From NCBI GenBank assembly GCA_963705255.1, contig OY970061.1, positions 736,001 to 800,000 of the forward strand: 64,000 nucleotides of DNA. The letters run 5' to 3'. Shown one piece after another: positions 19,766 through 30,059 of this stretch. Source of the DNA: an uncultured Methanoregulaceae archaeon (GTDB lineage Archaea > Halobacteriota > Methanomicrobia > Methanomicrobiales > Methanospirillaceae). The translations under genes were made by a program, and so were the position numbers. The number at the start of each line of letters is the position of its first letter. The stretch's first letter is position 1. The notes under the pieces were generated by a model. That model saw only the letters and a list, made by a program, of their open reading frames with translations, was not told the DNA's origin and made no database searches.

Positions 19766-21538
19766 ATGAGAATTGCCATCGTCCATAAAGACCGCTGTCA
19801 CGCCCGGAAATGCGGTACCGAATGCATCCTCTACTGCCCCCGTGTCCGGACCGGGGACGAGACCGTTGCGATCGGACCTGACGGGAAAGCCCTCATCTCC
19901 GAGGAACTCTGCGTGGGGTGCGGCATCTGCATCAAGAAATGCCCGTTCGATGCCATCGATATTGTGAGCCTTCCCGAAGAACTCGAGCACCCCACCCACC
20001 GCTACGGCAGAAACGGGTTTGCGCTCTACGGGCTTCCGATCCCGGTGGAAGGGAAAGTCACCGGTATCCTCGGTGCCAATGGCATCGGCAAGAGCACGGC
20101 CATCAAGATCCTGTCCGGCCAGCTCCGCCCCAACCTGGGAAATTTCGATACCGAAGTGGCATGGGATGAGATCCTCAGGCAGTATACCGGCACCGAGCTC
20201 TACGATTATCTCCAGACCGTATCGAAAAAGACCCTGAAGATCGCAAGCAAGCCCCAGTATATCGATTATATCCCGAAAGTCTTCTCCGGGACGGTCAGGA
20301 CACTCCTGAAGACCACGGACGAACGGGGCGCACTCGCCGGCATCCTGCCGGCCCTCAAGCTCGACGCACTCCTCGACCACGAGATCGGCTCCCTGAGCGG
20401 CGGGGAACTCCAGCGGGTCGCCATCGCCGCCTGCCTTGCCCGGGAAGCCGACCTCTACTTCCTCGATGAGATCACCCCCTTCCTGGACATTTACCAGCGG
20501 ATCTCTGCCGCGAAGCTCATCCGCGAGCTTGCGGCGTCCCGCCCGGTCGTCATCGTCGAGCACGACCTCGCCATCCTCGACATGCTCGCGGACACCGTCC
20601 ACGTCGGTTACGGCAAACCGGCCGTATTCGGCATCATCACCCGCCCCAAGGGGGTCAGGGTGGGCATCAACCAGTACCTCGAGGGCTACCTTGCCGAAGA
20701 GAACGTCCGGTTCCGGGACACCCAGGTGGTCTTCGAGAAGCGGGCGCACGAGAAAGGTTCCGACCGCGAAGACCTCTTCATCATACCCCCGATGTCCAGA
20801 CAGTACGATACGTTCCGCCTCGAGGTCACCGGGGGTACGGTCAGGACGGGTGAAGTGCTGGGCGTCGTCGGGGCAAATGGCATGGGCAAGAGCACGTTTG
20901 CCAAACTCCTGGCCGGTGTCGAGACCCCGACGACCGGGACGATCGAGACCTCGCTGCGGATTTCCTACAAGCCCCAGTACATCAAGGCAGATACCTCCGA
21001 CAGCGTAGAGATGCACCTCCGCCGCTGCACGACAAAATTCGATTCCTCGCTCTACCAGCACGAGATCATCGATGCGCTCTCCCTTACCCCCATCCTCCGG
21101 TCGCCCGTCGACTCCCTGAGCGGCGGGGAACTCCAGCGGGTGGCGATCGCCGGCTGCCTCTCGCGGGACGCCGACCTGTACATTCTCGATGAACCCAGCG
21201 CACACCTCGATGTGGAGCAGCGGGTAAGGGTGACGAGGATGATCAAGCACCATGCCGAGGGCAGGGAAGCCGGCATCATGGTGATCGACCACGACATCTA
21301 CCTTATCGATATGATCAGTGAACGTATCCTGGTGTTTGAAGGAGTACCGGGAATTGCCGGCACTGCCGCGGGGCCGTTCCGGATGCGCGAGGGCATGAAC
21401 CGTTTCCTCGAAGCGCTGGACGTGACGTTCCGGCGGGACCAGAGCGGCCGCCCGCGGATCAACAAGCCCGGCTCGTTTCTTGACCGGGAACAGAAGGGTC
21501 TGGGTGAATTCTATTATTATGTTCAGGACGAAAACTAA
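19766..21538 (+). CDS. rli1: Ribosome recycling ATPase ABCE1/Rli1
   Basis: N-terminal Fe-S motifs (C...C...C...CP; CVGCGIC..KCP), two ABC domains with LSGGELQR, and RPRINK. Confidence 0.97.
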   Translation: MRIAIVHKDRCHARKCGTECILYCPRVRTGDETVAIGPDGKALISEELCVGCGICIKKCPFDAIDIVSLPEELEHPTHRYGRNGFALYGLPIPVEGKVTGILGANGIGKSTAIKILSGQLRPNLGNFDTEVAWDEILRQYTGTELYDYLQTVSKKTLKIASKPQYIDYIPKVFSGTVRTLLKTTDERGALAGILPALKLDALLDHEIGSLSGGELQRVAIAACLAREADLYFLDEITPFLDIYQRISAAKLIRELAASRPVVIVEHDLAILDMLADTVHVGYGKPAVFGIITRPKGVRVGINQYLEGYLAEENVRFRDTQVVFEKRAHEKGSDREDLFIIPPMSRQYDTFRLEVTGGTVRTGEVLGVVGANGMGKSTFAKLLAGVETPTTGTIETSLRISYKPQYIKADTSDSVEMHLRRCTTKFDSSLYQHEIIDALSLTPILRSPVDSLSGGELQRVAIAGCLSRDADLYILDEPSAHLDVEQRVRVTRMIKHHAEGREAGIMVIDHDIYLIDMISERILVFEGVPGIAGTAAGPFRMREGMNRFLEALDVTFRRDQSGRPRINKPGSFLDREQKGLGEFYYYVQDEN

Positions 21539-21585
21539 AACCGCTTATTATACCTTTTAATATTTTAACATGCCATTCTCACTAT

Positions 21586-22779
21586 ATGCGGGAGGAGAAG
21601 CTTTCGGATGCCATTGTCTACGATAAGCTGCACCTGTTGAAGAAGGACTTTTACGGCTATATTGAACGCAACTCCCCCAAAGTAGACACCAACCTCCCGG
21701 TCTTTTTCGGATATGTCATATCCGCGCTCGAGAACTCCTTCCCCCATATATCGGATGCCGCCCACGATGATTTCATCGACAGCATCACCTTCAAAGTCCT
21801 CGATTCCAGTGCAAACATCAGCGATTTTGAGTATGTCAGGAAGGTGATGGTCAACGCGGTGCGGTTCAAGAAGAAGAAAGATGCAGAGACCGGCGTCAAG
21901 ATCGTCATCGGCCTCAAGCTGCTGAAGAGCGGTGACTACGGGCACGCCCTCGACTTCCTCAAGGAGTACGCGACCCTCGACTCGAAACTCGGTACCGCAG
22001 TAGCCTACTGCTATCATCTCCTCTCGCTGCGCGAGTTCAAGGACAGTGACGATGCTGCCAGAAAACACCGCCCTGGCGAGATGGAACTCCTTGCACGGGA
22101 ACTGATGATGAGACTGGCCAGGGAACAGCCGCCGGTAAACCAGCTTCGCCAGCTGGAGATCGACGACCCGTCGTTCCTTGAGAAGATCTTCTGGCAGATG
22201 ATCTTTACCGGGCTGGAATGGTTCCCGAACGAGCGATGGTTCGTTGAGGTCGGGCTGAAGAATGCGGCGATCACCAATGATCCGGCCATGCGCAAGCGCC
22301 TGCTGGATATCGGGTCCGAACGTTTTTATACCGACAGCCACTTCCTGCGCGAGATGTACTATTACAAGCTCGAGAACCGCGATGCACCCGGGGCTGCAGG
22401 GGTTGTCAACCAGCTCCTGAAACAGTACCCGGACGATCTCGAACCTATCTACCTCGGTCTCAAACTGAGCCTCCTCACCACCAAGAAGATCACCTACCAC
22501 AGTTTCCGGAAACTGGCGATCACCAAAGGCATGCCGGTCCAGATCCTCGCACTGTTCGATTTTGCCTTTGACCTGCTCAGCAGGGACCAGAACGATGCTG
22601 CCAAATGTATTGCAGACTTTGAGAAGGAGTTCCCGAACATGCAGTACTATGCAACCGTCCTCCGGTATATCGCAAGCGATATCATGTCCGCCGATGAGAC
22701 GAGGAGTAAAAAGGCAAAAAAAGCGCTCCTGGATTCGGTCGAGCAATACTGCCTGGAAGCACTGAAGAACAGGAAATAA
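21586..22779 (+). CDS. Hypothetical alpha-helical (TPR-like) protein
   Basis: 397-aa ORF with host-like codon usage and helical-repeat character. Confidence 0.75.
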   Translation: MREEKLSDAIVYDKLHLLKKDFYGYIERNSPKVDTNLPVFFGYVISALENSFPHISDAAHDDFIDSITFKVLDSSANISDFEYVRKVMVNAVRFKKKKDAETGVKIVIGLKLLKSGDYGHALDFLKEYATLDSKLGTAVAYCYHLLSLREFKDSDDAARKHRPGEMELLARELMMRLAREQPPVNQLRQLEIDDPSFLEKIFWQMIFTGLEWFPNERWFVEVGLKNAAITNDPAMRKRLLDIGSERFYTDSHFLREMYYYKLENRDAPGAAGVVNQLLKQYPDDLEPIYLGLKLSLLTTKKITYHSFRKLAITKGMPVQILALFDFAFDLLSRDQNDAAKCIADFEKEFPNMQYYATVLRYIASDIMSADETRSKKAKKALLDSVEQYCLEALKNRK

Positions 22780-22824
22780 GGCTCTGGTTAAACCCTCAGA
22801 GAAACATGCGGTCGCTCTTGGGGA

Positions 22825-22944
22825 TGTCGACATGACAAAGTCATGGAGACAGGAGAAGAACGCATCAGCGTTCTTCGAATCGCAAAAGACTGCTGTTCCC
22901 GAAGGGAAGAGCAGGATGGAGAAGAACTCGTCAGAGTTCTGCGA
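22825..22944 (+). repeat. Tandem two-hairpin (GA-junction) elements: one complete, one variant
   Basis: TGTC-GA-CATGAC(aaa)GTCATG-GA-GACA-G-GA-GAAGAACGC(atca)GCGTTCTTC-GA at 22825-22878; variant at 22888-22944. Confidence 0.85.
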
Positions 22945-23286
22945 CCTGAGAGAGGGGGTCACTCTACTAAACCGCAGCAGAATATAAGCAAATGATCAGA
23001 AAAATAGGGTTTTAACATAGCCGGAAATGAGGGTTGTACCCGGCTCCCCGCCTCAATCCTGCCGTGTGTTTACCCGGTTGAGTTGCCGGGAGATCCCGGC
23101 CGGACGCTCATATTTTTCAACCGGGAACGGACAGGACGGTTCTGATCGCCTGGATCAGGGGATCGGCGACCGGGCTTAAAATCCCTGTCGCAGGAAGCGG
23201 GACAAAGAATGCCGGATATACCGGTATCATTGGCGAGCGGAGCAGAAACCGGGCTTGCCAGGAACATGACGATGCAGAGAAGAAGT

Positions 23287-23779
23287 TCAGATATCCCGGA
23301 TCGTACCGTCCGCTCTCCTGACCGATACTTTCCCCTCATGGGCCGGCAGGAATGTGACCGATCTTCCGACTTTGCCCCCGGTATCCTCCGCGACCAGCTT
23401 GATATGCTCCGTGAGGAGGAATTCCCGTACCTTTTCAGCATTCCGTTCACCGATATTGAGGTTGGCACCGAAATATTCAAACATGCTCGCCCCCCCGGCC
23501 ATCTTCGCAACGATGTTCCGGTTCTTGCAACCGAGAGCACCGAGCTCCTGCAGCAACAGCGGGATCGCGGTATCGGCATATTTCCCGGGGCGGTCCTTCC
23601 TCCCGGCGCTGTCTGGTAACATGATATGGACCATCGCACCAACCCTCAGCCGGTCATCGTAGAGCGTCAGGCTCGATGCATGAACCCAGACCGATCGTCA
23701 CCATCTGGAATGAACCGACACGATATTCTCCGATGCCTATCATCGCCATCTGTGCGTTCACGGCGGCCGGGTCAGACAT
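23287..23779 (-). CDS. cheD: Chemoreceptor glutamine deamidase CheD, frameshifted at ~23670
   Basis: TIGLGSC in the 5' part; HIMLP, KYADTA, AGGA.MF, IGERN and EDTGG..GR in ORF 23287-23634. Confidence 0.9.
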
Positions 23780-23795
23780 GGTATTCACGGGCAGA

Positions 23796-24413
23796 TCATG
23801 TCGATTTCATCATGTTTTCAAGGAGCACGACGATCTTCTGCAGGGTTTTGTGTTCCGGCATCAGGATGATGTCGCTGTCGATCTTATGCTCTGAGCAGAC
23901 GAGTTCGGTGGAGAAGAGCATGACTTCGTCCACATCATCGGTCGACTGGGCGATAAGCGACTGCATCGCTGCATGGGCCATGTCGATACTGAGGGCAGGT
24001 GGCGAGGGGAGCATGACAAACCCGAGGAGTTCTGCAGTTGCATCGAGAAACGCAGAGACCATGATATTCCCCACTTCGAGGAGGGCACTCTGGTCCATCT
24101 CGTTCATCGGGCGGTCCATCTCCGTCAGTCCCAGCATGGTGTTGGTCAGGCGGATCGCAGATTCGCGGGTGATGTAAAAGATGATGAATCCCCCGTGGGG
24201 GATATCGCCCTGGAGTTCGAAGGCTACCATGGCTGCTGACTCTTCTCCCATGTACTCCCCAAGACGGGCGATATCCACGATTGATATTCCTGGCACGCTC
24301 ATCTCGACACTGCTTCCCAGCATCTGGGAAAGGGTGGTTGCGGCATGGGCAGCCCCGATATTCCCCAATTCCTGAATTGCATCCTTCTGAACCGTCGATA
24401 AATTCATGAACAA
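23796..24413 (-). CDS. cheC: Chemotaxis phosphatase CheC
   Basis: Two D/S-xxx-E-xx-N motifs (DAIQELGNIG, SALLEVGNI). Confidence 0.93.
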   Translation of the reverse strand: MFMNLSTVQKDAIQELGNIGAAHAATTLSQMLGSSVEMSVPGISIVDIARLGEYMGEESAAMVAFELQGDIPHGGFIIFYITRESAIRLTNTMLGLTEMDRPMNEMDQSALLEVGNIMVSAFLDATAELLGFVMLPSPPALSIDMAHAAMQSLIAQSTDDVDEVMLFSTELVCSEHKIDSDIILMPEHKTLQKIVVLLENMMKST

Positions 24414-24416
24414 CTC

Positions 24417-26377
24417 CTACACCATCGTATTAACATCAAGGACGGGGACTACATCCCCGTCGCCAAGTATGGTAACCCCGCTGATACCCCGCGTGTTGCC
24501 GATCAGGGAACTGAGCGGCTTGACGACAACCTCCTGTTTTCCTTCAACAATATCGACCGGGATGCAGGCCTTCCTCTTCTGGTACTGGACGACAATCAGG
24601 ATGTCACATGCATCCGACATGCCGACCATGTCGTCCAGCCGGAAGATCTGGATCACTTCTTCCCGCAGGAGGATGGTCTCGCTCTTCCCGATACGGTGGG
24701 TTGCATCCCTCCGGAACGATGCAACTTCAACGATCGAGCTGATGGGAATGGCCAGTCTCCTGCCGTTGATCCTGACGATCATGACATCGACAATTGCCAT
24801 CGTTGGCGGGAGCAGCAGCTCGAACCGCGATCCCTTACCGGGGGTCGTCTCCACCCGTATGGTCCCCTTAAGCGATTCGATGGACCTTCGTACAACGTCG
24901 AGGCCGACTCCCCTTCCGCTGATATCCGTAATTTTGTCGGCAGTGGAAAAACCGGGCTGGAAGAGCAGATCGATTGCCTGATCGGTGGTCAGGCTTTCCG
25001 CAGCTTCTTGGGTGATGAGCCCTTTTTCCACGGCTTTTTTCCTGACCTTCTCGACATTGATCCCGGCACCATCGTCGATCAGTTCGATGATGACGTTGTC
25101 ACGGTCCCGGTGGGCGCTGAGCCTGACAGCCCCTTTGCGGGGTTTTCCGGCTTTTTCCCTCTCGTCAGGGTTCTCAATACCGTGGTTGACCGCATTCCGG
25201 ATCAGGTGGAGGAGGGGGTCGTTCAGCCCGTCCATCACGCTGCGGTCCAGTTCCGTCTCTCCCCCATCCATGACGAAATCGACTTCTTTTCCGTCATACT
25301 GGGCCACGTCCCTGACAACCCGGGGGAGGCGGTTGAATATGTGGTTTAAGGGGATCATCCGGATATTCATCATCAGGTTCTGGAGATCCGATACCGAACG
25401 ATCGACCATGCCGAGGGCTTCGTCCATCTCCTTGAGTTTCTGCCGCTCGGCAATCTGCTTGAGCCTGCCCCGGTTGATCACCAGGTCCTCGACGAGGTTC
25501 ATGATGTGATCGAGCTGGGTGATGTCCACTCTCAGGTGCTTGACTTCCCTGCTCTTGTCAGAGGCTGCCGGCTGCCCTCTCTCGGCAGCCTCGGCTCCCG
25601 GTGCGGGAGAGGGTGCCGGGATGATCTCAGCAACCGCGCCGGCCTTGATCTCTACGGACTGGATCTCCGAAGCCGTCGCTGCGGTCCGGAGAGCGTCCTC
25701 CCCGGCATCGCTCGCGATCTTCACCACGAGCATGCCATCGAACTGGCCCTCATCCACGAGCTCTTTGAGGGGATGGACAGGATGATCGTCCCGATGGCTT
25801 CGAGGTTGTTGAGAACGATGAGCGCCCGGACATCTTTCATCATGGATTCCGGGGCAACGGTGATGGTGAGGTCATAGATCGGGCGCGTATCGCCGGGAGC
25901 AAGGGACACGGCCGGTCCTGCGACCGGGGGCGCAGCTGCCCGGTTTAACGGGCCCGCTGCTGCTGCGGATGGCCTGGCTTCCTTCCCGCCACCCTCGGTT
26001 GCGAGCCATGATTTCAACGAGCTGACCAGTTCATCCGGGTTCTTGGATGATGTATCGCCACCGGCATCGACATCGTCGAGCATCTCCTCTATCATGTCAG
26101 AGCAGCGCAGGAGGAGGTTGGTAAGGGCGGGGGTCATGACCGCAACACCGCTCCGGATAAGCTGGAACACGTCCTCCATGGTGTGGCAGAGGTGCTCCAG
26201 CTGCATGAACCCCATCGAGGCGGAAGCCCCTTTGAGCGTATGGATGGACCGGAAGATCTCTCCTATCGCTTCCGCATCGGAACCTTTCTCGATGATCAGG
26301 AGATTTTTCACCAGATTCTCGTGGTTATCCCGCGATTCCGCAACAAAAAGGGTGCGGTACGCATCCATTTCAGACAC
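24417..26377 (-). CDS. cheA: Chemotaxis histidine kinase CheA, frameshifted at ~25765
   Basis: HPt domain FRSIHTLKG in ORF 25721-26377; HLIRNAVNHG, DDGAG, SGRGVGLDVV and a CheW domain in ORF 24417-25757. One A is missing in an A-run. Confidence 0.93.
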
Positions 26378-27424
26378 AGGTATCCTCCATTTTCAGCACG
26401 GCACGTGAAATTTCCATGGCCATCCGGTTCAGCGGGAGCACCTTGTCTACTGCATTGTGCGTGATAGCCGACCGGGCCATCCCATAGACAAGACAGTCCT
26501 TCTCATCGCAGACGAAACTTCTGCCACCGGCATTTTTTACTGCAAGGGCCCCTTCTCCGGCATCGTTCCCCATCCCGCTCAGGACGGCGACAATGCTGTT
26601 TTTGCCGTAGACCTGTGCCGCCGAGACCAGCGTCTTGTCCACTGCAGGCCGGACCCCGTGGACGGGAGGGGCTGAAGAGTGGACGATCTTACCGGCTGTG
26701 CATCCCTTGTCCGTGACAAACCTGGTTATGATCGTATGGACCCCGGCTTTGGAGATGATGATCCTTCCTTTTTCTATAATATCCCCGTTCTCGGATTCCT
26801 TCACCGGCATGGACGATATCCGGTTGAACCTGGCCGCGAGCGCCGCAGTAAACCCGACCGGCATGTGCTGGGTCACGACAACCCCCGCGGGAAGTTCTGC
26901 AGGAAGTTGTGCAAGCAGTTCGTCGAGCATCTGGGGACCCCGGCCGACGACCCGATCAGGATGACGCGTTCCGCAGGTTCAGCATGGGCAGCGGGGGCAG
27001 GTTTCTTCTGCCGGACTTCTGAGGATACTGTTGGCAGAGTGAGAATATGCTTGATCTTCCGTACCAGTTCGTCGCCAATGTCCCGGACGCGGGGAAGATC
27101 CGCCGGCTTGAGCATGAAATCATCCGCCCCAAGCTCGATTGCCCGTCGGGTCATCTCCGCATCTTTTTCCGTAAGTGAACTGAGCATGAGAATCCGGGGT
27201 CTGGATGGCTGTTTTCCGATCTTTTCGAGGAGTTCGATTCCTGACATCCGGGGCATCTCGATATCCAGTGTCATGACATCGGGGGAAAGAGATTCTATCT
27301 TCTTGAGTGCGTCCAGGCCATCTGTCGCTGTCCCGACAACTTCCAGTGACGGATCCTTTGCTATCATGTCCCTGATTACCGTACGCATGAATACGGAATC
27401 ATCAACAACCAGAACCTTCGTCAT
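26370..27424 (-). CDS. cheB: Chemotaxis methylesterase CheB, frameshifted at ~26940
   Basis: Receiver domain plus GSSAGG, QHMP, RPAVD, SGMGND and YGM motifs. One G is missing in a G-run. Confidence 0.93.
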
Positions 27425-27428
27425 AACA

Positions 27429-27791
27429 TCAGGTTGTCAGAACGTTCTTTACTTCTTCGAGCACTTTGGGAGCCTGGAATGGTTTGACGATATACCCCTT
27501 TGCACCACTCTTGATTGCCAGCTTCACCATCTGTTCCTGGCCGACTGCCGTGCACATGATGACCTTCGCAGCGGGATCGATCTGTTTGATGGCCTTGAGA
27601 GCCTCAATACCGTTCTGTTTTGGCATAACGATATCCATGGTCACGAGATCGGGCTTGAGTTCCTTGTATCGAGCGACTGCCTCCTCACCATCACCTGCTT
27701 CGCCGGCGATAGTGTGCCCGCCGGTGAAGAGGATGTTTTTAAGAAGAGTTCTCATGAAGAGCGTATCATCCACGATTAGAATCTTTCCCAT
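27429..27791 (-). CDS. cheY: Chemotaxis response regulator CheY
   Basis: ILIVDD, MDIVMP and YIVKPF motifs; stand-alone receiver domain. Confidence 0.95.
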   Translation of the reverse strand: MGKILIVDDTLFMRTLLKNILFTGGHTIAGEAGDGEEAVARYKELKPDLVTMDIVMPKQNGIEALKAIKQIDPAAKVIMCTAVGQEQMVKLAIKSGAKGYIVKPFQAPKVLEEVKNVLTT

Positions 27792-27858
27792 TGACGATCA
27801 AAGTAAAGATAGGGGGATGAAGATATAAAACAGTATTGGGATACGATTTAAAGGCTAT

Positions 27859-28668
27859 TCAGTTCGTTTGTGATTTTGTGGCGTCAGAAATATACCGTAC
27901 GCCTTTTGTCGTCAGCTGCACCTCTCTGCGTATCGTGACGACTTCGGCAAGGCCCAGTTTCATGATCTTGTCGTAAATGGCATCGAGCTGCTTGTGCGGG
28001 AGGTTGAGCATGTTCTCGATGGCATGCGAGTCCATGCCGGAGTAGATGAGCATGGCTACCTGCTGGTCCACGCCGTCCAGCTCGGTCCCTTTCATGTCCA
28101 TGCTCTTGGTGGTCTCTTTCAGGAAATTGTAGAGCACCTGAAGCGTGGAGAGGGGGCAGAGGACAAGGCTTGAGACAACTTCACCGGATTCAAGGTGGTC
28201 GATCCTCACCACGTCCGTGGGTTTACCCTGAACATCCCGTTTGGTGAGCTCGATAGCGGCAACGTCGTTGACCGGGACGCAGATCTGTTTTACCGGGCTG
28301 ACAAACCAGATGCCGGAATGGACCACGACAACACTGCCTTTCTCCCACTGGGCGTTCTGGACGAGCACCCCGCCCCGGATCGCGGGCGACATAAAGTACG
28401 CCATGAGGCGGTACGCATTGCAGGAGCCGAGTATGAGTTTTTTCAGTACCTCGATAACCTTATCTACGGACAGGATTTTGTAGACCGCTTCGGTATCGGT
28501 TTTTGCAGTAACGATCAAAATATTTTTTCTCTCGGCAACGTCCGAAACCGTCTTGAACAGGACTTCCCTGTTGACCGGTGCCGGGATGACGATCCTGTCC
28601 TCTCCGATACCCAGCTTGACAACGACCCACTGGTTATTATGCTCGACTTTTGCCGGGACTTCCTTCAT
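27859..28668 (-). CDS. cheF: Archaeal chemotaxis adaptor CheF
   Basis: PAIRGGV...WEKG motif and C-terminal winged helix (REVQLT.KG); lies between the arl and che genes. Confidence 0.88.
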   Translation of the reverse strand: MKEVPAKVEHNNQWVVVKLGIGEDRIVIPAPVNREVLFKTVSDVAERKNILIVTAKTDTEAVYKILSVDKVIEVLKKLILGSCNAYRLMAYFMSPAIRGGVLVQNAQWEKGSVVVVHSGIWFVSPVKQICVPVNDVAAIELTKRDVQGKPTDVVRIDHLESGEVVSSLVLCPLSTLQVLYNFLKETTKSMDMKGTELDGVDQQVAMLIYSGMDSHAIENMLNLPHKQLDAIYDKIMKLGLAEVVTIRREVQLTTKGVRYISDATKSQTN

Positions 28669-28742
28669 GCAGCCTCACACGGGATCACAATTCTGAGGTA
28701 AACAGACTTGTTATTGATAGCAATGGTATTCCGGAGGTTATT

Positions 28743-30046
28743 TTATTTTTTGGTGGGATGCGTGGTCTTTTCCTTGGGCGGGTTTGCCGGATTCAGTTTC
28801 GTGTACATGTCACTCAGTTCGCTCTCGATATCGCTGGCAGGCGCCCTGAAATCCTTGAGTTCCCGTAAAAGACTGAGATCATCTTTCTTTTCTACACGTT
28901 TTACATCGGATGAGATGGAACTGAGCAGGTCCTCGTCAGTACCGCTCGCTCCCCCGGCAAACGAGGCCATATCCGACTGGGTGGAGATCTGGTCTGCGGA
29001 AAGGTCTGCATTTTTCGGGGCGTCGGAAGGTATCCAGGCGGTCTTGACGGCCGTTTCTCCCGTCACCACCGGCTCCGCTGTCATTGACACCTTTCCTTCC
29101 TGGGTATCATCGGGCGTAACCGTCTTGACCGGACCTGTCCCGCCTGTTTCAACGTCAAGGTCCACGTCGTCAAGGCTCAGGTTATCGAGTTCCCCGAATT
29201 CAGAATCGAGCGATTCTGCCGAGTCCAGACCACTGAACTCTTCCAGGCCTCCCGGAGCAGGTGCCCCGGCCTCCCCCCGCTCCCGTCCGGCAGGTCAAGC
29301 GATGGCATCGACAGTTCAGCACCGGGTGAGGACGAGGCAGAAGCCTCACCGGGCGCAGGACCTTCAGGGGATGCAACCGGGGCATTGACGTCACCAAGGT
29401 CGTCAAGGAGGCCGGCATCGAATTCATCGCCGGAAAGGGAGAGGAACGGATTTGTTTCACCCGAGGGACCAGGGGCCGCCGCGCCGGCTCCTCCACCGGG
29501 GGCCGCTCCGGCACTGCGCGGGGCGGCAGGGGCCGGGACCGGGACTTTTTCCGTGACCGCCTTGTCAAGCATCCGGTTGATGTCGTCCACTTTTTTCTCA
29601 TGCCTTTTCCGCTGCCTGAGAACCGTGCCAAGAGACCCGATGGATGACAGGAACGAACTGAAGTGGGCCCCGATCCCACCCTCCTGCCCGGGTGTTTTTC
29701 CAGCCTCTTTTTTCTCTGTCTTCGGGGGCCGTTTCTGGTCCGCACCTTCGGGTTTTCCGAAGAATTTCATGTCGCTGAGGCGGTGGATGATCCCGGGCTT
29801 TTTCGGCCCCGTCTTTTTCATTTCCGGTTTTGCTGCCCCCCCCTTCTTCGGTTCCTTTGAACGCGATCTTCCCAGGGCAGTACGGACTTCGGTTATCGTG
29901 ACCAGCCCGAGCAGGAACGGGAGGACAACGGCTACAATGACCATCATGAGAAGGAGCTGCACCAGGGTCACATCGAAAAAGATCAGGATTAACCCGAGGG
30001 TAAGGATGGTGCAAAACATGACGATCCTGCGGACATTTTCTTTCAT
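28743..30046 (-). CDS. Hypothetical protein with N-terminal TM helices and a low-complexity acidic tail, frameshifted at ~29180-29290
   Basis: MKENVRR start at 30046 followed by hydrophobic helices; joins ORF 28743-29165 (DLLSSISSDVK...DLSLLRELKD). Confidence 0.72.
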
Positions 30047-30059
30047 GGGCGAACTCCTC

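Noticed and set aside
23070-23286. Signal-peptide-like stretch (LLLCIVMFLASPVSA) after cheD
   Set aside because: No clear start codon and no coherent downstream domain; probably chance or a decayed remnant.
23670-26940. Programmed frameshifting or phase variation in che genes
   Set aside because: No slippery heptamers or long SSR tracts at the sites, and the same lesion type occurs in nadK, rqcH and mbf1.
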